Part shown: one piece after another, positions 57,728-64,000 of the stretch | How positions within the stretch are numbered: position 1 is the stretch's first letter | Layout: the number at the start of each line of letters is the position of its first letter | Virus record (IMG/VR): IMGVR_UViG_3300046323_000587 | Span: 162,481 to 226,480 of that record | Reading direction: 5' to 3' (one strand) | DNA: 64,000 nucleotides | Program-made: the position numbers and the translations under genes | Notes under the pieces: generated by a model | The model's database searches: none | What the model was told of the DNA's origin: nothing | The model's input: the letters and a program-made list of their open reading frames with translations, nothing else

Positions 57728-58978
57728 ATGAAAAATCTTGTTTTAATTCTCGTATTTGTATTGTCTTTTGTAGCGAATTCTTTTGCTCAGACAGTTTCAA
57801 CAATTAATTTTTCTTCTAATTCTGCTGTATTGAAAAACACAGTAATGAATTTGGAATTGACTGCAACTTCTTCTATCACTGTAATCGGACATACTGATAG
57901 CAGAGGTTCAGAAGAATACAACTTAGCTTTGTCTTTAAGAAGAGCTGAGGAAGTGAAGTCGCATTTGGTATCATTAGGTTATTCTGCTGACTTAATCACT
58001 GTAATTGGAAAAGGAGAATCTCAACCTTTATCTGATAATTCAAGTGTCCAAGGTAGAGCAACTAATAGAAGAGTAGAAATCGTAGTTTCAAGTTCAACTT
58101 CAACTTCAACTATTGAAGATATTATTAATGGAAATAGCAACTCTGATCAAGTTACTTCTTCTATTGATAATGTTTCTAGTATTTCTAGTGTTGTAGTAGA
58201 CTCTTCTTCAATCACTTCTTTGAAAAACTCTTTTATTACAGTTGCAAATGTAATTTCAGATACAATTCATATCGAAGTAGTTGAATCAGAAACTACACCA
58301 GAAGACTATTATGCAATGTATGATTCTTTAATCAAATTGCATAGCGATTCAGTGAAAACTGTAATTGTTCACGAGACTTTTTATTCTTATGAACAAGAAA
58401 AAGTGGTTAAAAAAGCATTTAAAGACTCAGTTGCTAATGAGAAACGTACTCGTAAAGCAATTTATAAAGATTCTTTGAGTTCTTTGAAAGACCAATTGAA
58501 AGCATCAAAAGAGTCAGGAGATCTTGGTTTAGCATTTTGGACAAGAAGTCAAATAGCTATGTTAAAAGCTACTTACTTTAAAAATGATTATGATCCTAAA
58601 GGATTTTTTACTTACTATGAGTATATTCCTTGCTATCCTAATGTATCTACATTAGATTTGAATATTCATAGAATTTTGAATTATTCCCCTTTAGTATATC
58701 CAATTGAGTATGCAGCTCAAGGAATTAAAGCTTTGGCTCATTCTTCATTGAAATCTCGTGCTAGATATCTTGCAATGAAAGCGTTACAACACGGTAGCTA
58801 CCAAGCTTATATTAATATTCGTACAAACCATTATGGTGGGTCGAATATGATTAAATATGCTAAGAAGTATCGTAATCTTTGTAAAGCCAATAAAGGCAAA
58901 GCAGAGATTAAGGATGTGAAAGATGTAGCAACTTTTGAACAAAATGTAGAAGTCTCTTCATCAGATAATGAAAAATAG
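57728..58978 (+). CDS. Secreted OmpA-like peptidoglycan-binding protein with Ser-rich linker and unknown C-terminal domain
   Basis: Signal peptide MKNLVLILVFVLSFVANSFA; IGHTDSRGSEEYNLALSLRRA...GKGESQP...NRRVEI. Confidence 0.88.
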   Translation: MKNLVLILVFVLSFVANSFAQTVSTINFSSNSAVLKNTVMNLELTATSSITVIGHTDSRGSEEYNLALSLRRAEEVKSHLVSLGYSADLITVIGKGESQPLSDNSSVQGRATNRRVEIVVSSSTSTSTIEDIINGNSNSDQVTSSIDNVSSISSVVVDSSSITSLKNSFITVANVISDTIHIEVVESETTPEDYYAMYDSLIKLHSDSVKTVIVHETFYSYEQEKVVKKAFKDSVANEKRTRKAIYKDSLSSLKDQLKASKESGDLGLAFWTRSQIAMLKATYFKNDYDPKGFFTYYEYIPCYPNVSTLDLNIHRILNYSPLVYPIEYAAQGIKALAHSSLKSRARYLAMKALQHGSYQAYINIRTNHYGGSNMIKYAKKYRNLCKANKGKAEIKDVKDVATFEQNVEVSSSDNEK

Positions 58979-59019
58979 TTGTTGACAAATAATTCTTGAA
59001 AAAGAGTTTTTGAAAAAGA

Positions 59020-59416
59020 GCTTCTCATTATCTGATTGTCCATTAAAACCAGTACAAAGTATCTTACAAAATATCTAATACCAATAACTAATTCATTCAA
59101 TCAAATCCTTTTTATTTCTCTTTAATTCTCTTTATTTCTCTTCTCTTAATATTACTATCATCTATTGAATGAAATCTTGAAATCCTGCCCTTGTTGTGAA
59201 ACATTAGTAAAAGATTTCAAGATTGGTTATTCTATCCTTCTACTATTAGAAGTTGATTAAAGAATAATTAGAGTTTAATTATTGGTAATGATATTGAGAT
59301 TGATAAGAATGGAAGATTGAATGGTAAAATTGAATGGTAAAATGGTTTGGTTTGATTGAGTTGGTTATGAAGTATTTGATATATTTGATATATTGTGTTG
59401 GTTTTAGTGAAGAAGC
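59020..59416 (+). ncRNA. Long rod-like fold-back RNA candidate (~370-400 nt)
   Basis: Nested helices with many G-U pairs, e.g. 59041-57/59393-409, and perfect 12 bp 59173-84/59213-24. Confidence 0.55.
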
Positions 59417-59748
59417 AAAGTTTAAATTATTATTCATTTTTAATTCAATTGTTTATGTTTAATTTAGTTTATTTAGAGGCATTTAAAATGCTAAAAGAAC
59501 ACGGAATCAACCTTAAAACTATTTCTGAACAAGAATTAGAAAATAGATTGAGCCTGCATCCAGATTTGAGTAAAGCTGTTGATATTGTAAGATACTACCA
59601 TTCCTTTGTAGACTTACTTATTGTATATAGAAGAGCTTTATCATCTGGAAATTCCACAATTGCAAATAAATCAGAAAAAATTTTGAAGGAAGAATATCCT
59701 AATGAGTTTGATGAGTATTGCAATAGTTTGAATCAAAAATTCGAGTAA
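59395..59748 (+). CDS. Hypothetical protein (likely start ATG 59455)
   Basis: ORF; TATATTTG at 59380-87 upstream. Confidence 0.5.
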   Translation: MLVLVKKQSLNYYSFLIQLFMFNLVYLEAFKMLKEHGINLKTISEQELENRLSLHPDLSKAVDIVRYYHSFVDLLIVYRRALSSGNSTIANKSEKILKEEYPNEFDEYCNSLNQKFE

Positions 59749-60175
59749 GAAATAAGAGTTAATCTTCTCTTTAAAAAGATACCTTATATAATATAATTAA
59801 TATTTAATAATGATTTGATTCAACTTCTTTCGTGTTGAATTGCAAGTCTATTTCTTATTAATTCACTGTTATTTAAGAAGAAGTTATACCAATAATCCAC
59901 TTTAAAAGGATTTCTTAGGTTGTAGTTCAACCGTTTATAGATTTTAATTGTAGTCTCTTTTAAAAATATTTAAAGAAACTCTTAAAATTGAAAGAAAACA
60001 AAACTCTTCTATTACAAGTAGAAGTAAATACTAATCTTGTAGGTGTGATGATTTATACCTTAAAAACAATCCGAAATTTGAATACACAATCTTATCTTAG
60101 AGTAGCTAGTAACTACTATTCCGAAAAGGATAAACTTCTATAAGACTGTTGAAGTATTCAGTACAAAAATATATA

Positions 60176-60244
60176 AGAATAGATTGGTTATATTAATGTT
60201 TAATACACATTGATATAAGTGGGTCCGATTCCCATACTATTCTC
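60176..60244 (+). ncRNA. D-armless tRNA-like element 1
   Basis: AGAATAG/CTATTCT stem, ATTGG linker, 12-bp stem with 7-nt loop, T-arm GTGGG-TCCGATT-CCCAT. Confidence 0.55.
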
Positions 60245-60360
60245 TAAAATGCGCTGAATACTAGAAATAGTTTTGATTTTTACTACAAAATTTTAACAAT
60301 CAAAACTATTTCGATATTTTTATGTAAAAAAATTATAATTTAATTCAAACCAAATAGTTT

Positions 60361-60861
60361 ATGAAAATAGATGCAAAACAAAAAATAAGTTTACTTGGAA
60401 TTAGTCCTTTAACTACAAAAGAATTTTTTAAAATTCCAGTTTCTAATATAGAAACAAAAGAATATACGAAAGAATATTTTGATGAAGAAATTATTTTTAT
60501 TCCTAAGTATATTTATGTAGAAAGAAATGAGTCTGTCAGATATCACAAATCTACATTTAGTAAAAAAGTAATTAGTAGTTTGTCTCCAATTAGTTGTAAA
60601 ATGTTTTTATATTTAATGAGTAATATTAAAAGAAATGCGGATTTTGTAGATATTGATATTAAACATTGTATGAAATGGATGCAAATAACTTCTATAAACA
60701 CATATAAAAAAGCATTAAAAGAAATAATATCTAATATAATAATTGTTCCTACAAAAGAAACAAATGTTTATTGGATTAATCCCGATGTGTTTTATAATGG
60801 TAATAGAATCAAACATTTTCCTGATAATGTTGATATTATTCAAGATATGTCAAGAGGATAA
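60361..60861 (+). CDS. RepL-like winged-HTH protein
   Basis: KMFLYLM...SINTYKKALKEI...YWINPDVFYNG. Confidence 0.7.
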   Translation: MKIDAKQKISLLGISPLTTKEFFKIPVSNIETKEYTKEYFDEEIIFIPKYIYVERNESVRYHKSTFSKKVISSLSPISCKMFLYLMSNIKRNADFVDIDIKHCMKWMQITSINTYKKALKEIISNIIIVPTKETNVYWINPDVFYNGNRIKHFPDNVDIIQDMSRG

Positions 60862-60887
60862 ATAATTGAATATAATTAATCAAAACA

Positions 60888-61331
60888 ATGGGAAAATTAA
60901 TTACCTTCGCTTCTTTTTGTCAGAGTACAAAAGGAGTCTTTAAAATTACCTCTTTGATACCAAGAAGAACGCCTGATTATACATCAAAATCTGGATCTCT
61001 TTATTGGTTTGGAGGCAGTCTCTCAGATTCTGTATTAGCTTCTCTTAAATTGGCTAAAACAGATTCTGATTGGTTAAAGATATATCAAACATTACGTAAA
61101 GAAGAGAAACGTTCTCTATATGTAATAAGATTATCTAATCATTGGAGTTCAAAAGAAGATACTCAAATATCATCAAGACACCATTCAGACAATAATAAAA
61201 TTAATACTTGTAAATGGTTCTTGAAGATACCTAATAATAATCAAAATGATTTAGAGTCGACTGATACTCTTTGTGGTATTGCTAAATTATCTGATTTTGT
61301 TGGTAGAGTGCCTTCTTTTAAAAGAAAATAA
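60888..61331 (+). CDS. Hypothetical protein
   Basis: PDYTSKSGSLYW...VIRLSNHW...C.W. Confidence 0.6.
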   Translation: MGKLITFASFCQSTKGVFKITSLIPRRTPDYTSKSGSLYWFGGSLSDSVLASLKLAKTDSDWLKIYQTLRKEEKRSLYVIRLSNHWSSKEDTQISSRHHSDNNKINTCKWFLKIPNNNQNDLESTDTLCGIAKLSDFVGRVPSFKRK

Positions 61332-61614
61332 AAGAAAAAAAAATTAATTCATCAGAGTTAGACTCTGGAATGTAGTTGTAGTGCTTTAATGTTATTTCGA
61401 TAACCTCTTACTGACAAAAATCAACTATTCATTGACTATAAGACTCTTAGTAATGTAATAGTGTAATATTGCACGAATAGAGATTAAGTAGTGATTACTC
61501 TTTTAAGAAAGAGATTCATAACAAGAATTAAAAATGTTTAGTCATACTATTAGACAATAAAAAATAGTTAATGATGTAATTTCATCTGCTGATAAGAAAT
61601 CAAGAAGAGACTCA

Positions 61615-61678
61615 GGGATTAAGGTTAATTAGATTCTATTAAGGATTTAATTAAAGTGGTTGAACTCCATTAATCTTC
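61615..61678 (+). ncRNA. D-armless tRNA-like element 2
   Basis: GGGATTA/TAATCTT stem, AGG linker, 12-bp stem, T-arm GTGG-TTGAACT-CCAT. Confidence 0.5.
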
Positions 61679-61723
61679 ATTTTTATTTTAATGTTTTGAT
61701 ACAAGATTTTAATCCAAATATTT

Positions 61724-62257
61724 ATGGAACTATCAGACAGATTAATCGATCAGTTCTATCGTCTTCTTTTCAAAGGTTATTTAAAAATCTTTATTGAAGA
61801 AATAGAACTCGCACCAAAAGGTTGGGAAGCCTTAGGTTGGGATAATAAACCTATAAGAGGCTACAATCCACCTACAGAGATAGAACTTTCTTATAGAGAG
61901 TTTCGTGAAAGATTTTCATATCATTGTTTATTTCATCTTTCTTGTCGTACATACAAACCTCTTCCTGAAAAATCATTAGATAATAAAGGAATGGAGAAGT
62001 CTGTAGTACAATTTAATAAAGACTTGAATGAAAAATATAAAGATACATACTTCATTGAAATCTCTGATATGAGAGGAGAGCAAAAGCATTTATTATTCAC
62101 CAAATCATTAGAAAAAGTCAATGAAATCATCGAAGCCTTTAAAGCTATTAAAAATAGTTGGGCTTCTGAGTTTCTTTTTCTAGTGGAATACTTTGAAATG
62201 GAAACTACTTTTGAAATGTATCGGTCTTCAACAGTATTTGAAGATTCTTATACGTAA
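61724..62257 (+). CDS. Hypothetical protein
   Basis: 177-aa ORF. Confidence 0.65.
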   Translation: MELSDRLIDQFYRLLFKGYLKIFIEEIELAPKGWEALGWDNKPIRGYNPPTEIELSYREFRERFSYHCLFHLSCRTYKPLPEKSLDNKGMEKSVVQFNKDLNEKYKDTYFIEISDMRGEQKHLLFTKSLEKVNEIIEAFKAIKNSWASEFLFLVEYFEMETTFEMYRSSTVFEDSYT

Positions 62258-62292
62258 GTTTAATCAATTTAACTCAAAAAATCACAAAAAAT

Positions 62293-63096
62293 ATGAAAAC
62301 CATCACAATCCCTCAAGAAATAGTTGATACTTTATTGTGTCAAACTATTCAGTTTCATAAGTTGAGTAACGAAGATTTTACTTTATTGCAAGAATTTATT
62401 TCTTCAATTCAAGGTAAAGAATTAATCGTAACTCCTATGAACGGTTCTATTGTAGCTAGATTGTTAAACACAATTTACTATAATATGGAAAAAATTTCTG
62501 GTAAGATTGACAGAGAAAACTTCTTAATTCGAGATGCACAAGGTTTGAAAAGAGAATTTATTTCTGAACAAGACTTGGATTCTGTTTTTGTACAAAAAGA
62601 TTTGAAAGGAGTTTACACGGTAAACTTGGATTTCTTAGGTCTTGATGACTATAATAGAAGACGAGCTGAAAAAGATGTGTATCTTTCTGGTGATGTAGTA
62701 TACTCTATTTATTGGAGTATTCTAAGTAAACTTAAAGATGTAATGGCTTTCTTTAATGGTTATTTAACTAGAAAAGAGCTATTATCTTTTCCTTCTTTGC
62801 CTTTCGAAGATTTCTTTTACGGAAAAAGTATTTCAAAGGAAATGTTGAAAGTATTACAAGAAAATGTAGATAATCTAAACTATAATTCTAAATATTTTCA
62901 AGATTCTTCTATGGAAGTTTCCTCAGATAATTATCTTCAAGACGGTATTAGATCAGAAAAAGACTTTAAAGAAATGTTAGAAAATCTTTATTGGGCTTAT
63001 TTTGGTGTAGAGAACCGAGAAGAAAATGGATTGATGTGGGCCAGATGGGACGAATTGGAAGTCGCAGAAAATCAAATTGATTTGTTCGCTTTATAA
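62293..63096 (+). CDS. Hypothetical protein
   Basis: 267-aa ORF; ends QIDLFAL (resembles the QL[SD]LF beta-clamp motif). Confidence 0.65.
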   Translation: MKTITIPQEIVDTLLCQTIQFHKLSNEDFTLLQEFISSIQGKELIVTPMNGSIVARLLNTIYYNMEKISGKIDRENFLIRDAQGLKREFISEQDLDSVFVQKDLKGVYTVNLDFLGLDDYNRRRAEKDVYLSGDVVYSIYWSILSKLKDVMAFFNGYLTRKELLSFPSLPFEDFFYGKSISKEMLKVLQENVDNLNYNSKYFQDSSMEVSSDNYLQDGIRSEKDFKEMLENLYWAYFGVENREENGLMWARWDELEVAENQIDLFAL

Positions 63097-63107
63097 ACTA
63101 ATCCGAT

Positions 63108-63374
63108 ATGATTTTTAATTATCACAACCCTGTCACAGATAAAATAGAAGAAGTAAATACTGATTCTATAAAATCAATGCCTGAATATTATCTGAAAGGA
63201 GAAGATGTAGTTCTTGCATTTGACGCACTCTTTAATCGCCATAAAGATACTTTGAGTATTGTAATCTTAGATGTATTGAATAATATTCGATATAAAGCTA
63301 CAAGATTATCTATACTTGGTATGATTTATAGAGATGAGTTTAAAAGATTTAGTTTTGCTTATTCTAAAATCTAA
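63108..63374 (+). CDS. Hypothetical protein
   Basis: 88-aa ORF. Confidence 0.6.
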   Translation: MIFNYHNPVTDKIEEVNTDSIKSMPEYYLKGEDVVLAFDALFNRHKDTLSIVILDVLNNIRYKATRLSILGMIYRDEFKRFSFAYSKI

Positions 63375-63385
63375 ATCATAAAATT

Positions 63386-63475
63386 ATGATTACAATCATC
63401 ATTGCAGTAACATTATTCAGTATATTCTTCTATTTCAAAGAAAAAAGAGATAGAGATCTACTTGATAAAGAATAA
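63386..63475 (+). CDS. 29-aa single-pass membrane peptide
   Basis: MITIIIAVTLFSIFFYFKEKRDRDLLDKE*. Confidence 0.45.
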   Translation: MITIIIAVTLFSIFFYFKEKRDRDLLDKE

Positions 63476-63502
63476 TCCGTTCACTTTTAAACATCAAATC
63501 AG

Positions 63503-63913
63503 ATGAAATATTTAAAAGAATTACAAGAATTTTACAATGAAGTAGTGGATATCAATCACGCTGTAAGAATGCTTGAAGAAAGATATCTACCTGAATTACC
63601 TGTACCACCAGCTTTAGTTGCATTGTACAACAAAAATCCCACTAAAGAAGAATTTGAGGAATACATCTCTCTTTCTAAACAATTTAATATAGATTGGGAA
63701 ACTTATGAAAAGAGTTGTAATGGATATAGACAATCAAAAGCTACAATTGAAGAAACTATTCAAAAATTTCTTTCAGATAAAGCCGGATTGAGTAATATAG
63801 CTGAAAAATCTCGTGAAAAGGTTTGGTGTTTGGCTTATTCAAGAGGTAAATTATTTGGTTGGCAACAAGTCTATGAAGAACTTGTAGAATTAATTGATTT
63901 ATTCTTAGATTAA
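63503..63913 (+). CDS. Hypothetical protein
   Basis: 136-aa ORF; KVWCLAYSRG...V..EL.EL.DLF. Confidence 0.65.
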   Translation: MKYLKELQEFYNEVVDINHAVRMLEERYLPELPVPPALVALYNKNPTKEEFEEYISLSKQFNIDWETYEKSCNGYRQSKATIEETIQKFLSDKAGLSNIAEKSREKVWCLAYSRGKLFGWQQVYEELVELIDLFLD

Positions 63914-64000
63914 TTAATTCTATTTTCTTTTTCATCAATTTTCCTTTAATTTAAGCTCTTAGTTTTTTTCTTGATGATTATCATTAATAAAGAAAGATGT

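Noticed and set aside
61340-61680. tmRNA or RNase P RNA
   Set aside because: Acceptor stem pairs locally rather than across ~350 nt, and no tag reading frame or RNase P conserved motifs were seen
3685-61933. Short antisense or overlapping ORFs in the track (e.g. 3685+, 5604+, 6475+, 21238+, 26278+, 31475+, 38887-41413+, 47813-48528-, 52349+, 54039+, 55005-)
   Set aside because: Shadow frames of longer well-supported genes, with composition typical of reverse-complement translation
1-64000. Stop-codon reassignment (TAG or TGA), known in some crAss-like phages
   Set aside because: Core genes (terminase, portal, MCP) are full length in the standard code. The one in-frame TGA (4444-4446) lies in a region that also has frameshifts, and the TAG at 9757 is explained by the TA-tract shift.

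Overview
AT-rich 64 kb fragment of a large crAss-like (Crassvirales-type) tailed phage. Its host is probably a Bacteroidota bacterium: TAnnTTTG promoter elements occur and most genes have A/T-rich leaders without Shine-Dalgarno sites. Bases 1-46416 are almost all on the minus strand and form the late/structural module. This includes large terminase, portal, scaffold, major capsid protein, ring and auxiliary capsid proteins, a PD-(D/E)XK nuclease, an amidase endolysin, a GroES fusion and many fibre/adhesin proteins (LamG, Calx-beta, DUF5977, FN3). After a ~1.1 kb low-complexity divergent spacer, 47555-64000 is a plus-strand early-like region of small orphan genes, with inserted GIY-YIG/RepL/AAA/endonuclease genes and a secreted OmpA-domain protein. 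Two things stand out. (1) At 1-10740 is a cassette of modular, polymorphic-toxin-like candidate virion cargo proteins (ART-like, four zincin-like modules, PG-binding, pre-toxin-TG). Their modules are bracketed by a shared short [YFWH]xxGGK[LI]/KLxSLxK[FI] peptide tag, and one gene is switched off by a (TA)n tract. (2) The early region is dense in candidate structured RNAs. These include a type I hammerhead ribozyme, a second degenerate one, an H-type pseudoknot, a ~370-nt G-U-rich rod and three non-decoding tRNA-like elements; two of those lack the D-arm and sit at the 3' end of long structured non-coding tracts. All assignments come from reading motifs by eye; no searches or folding programs were run.
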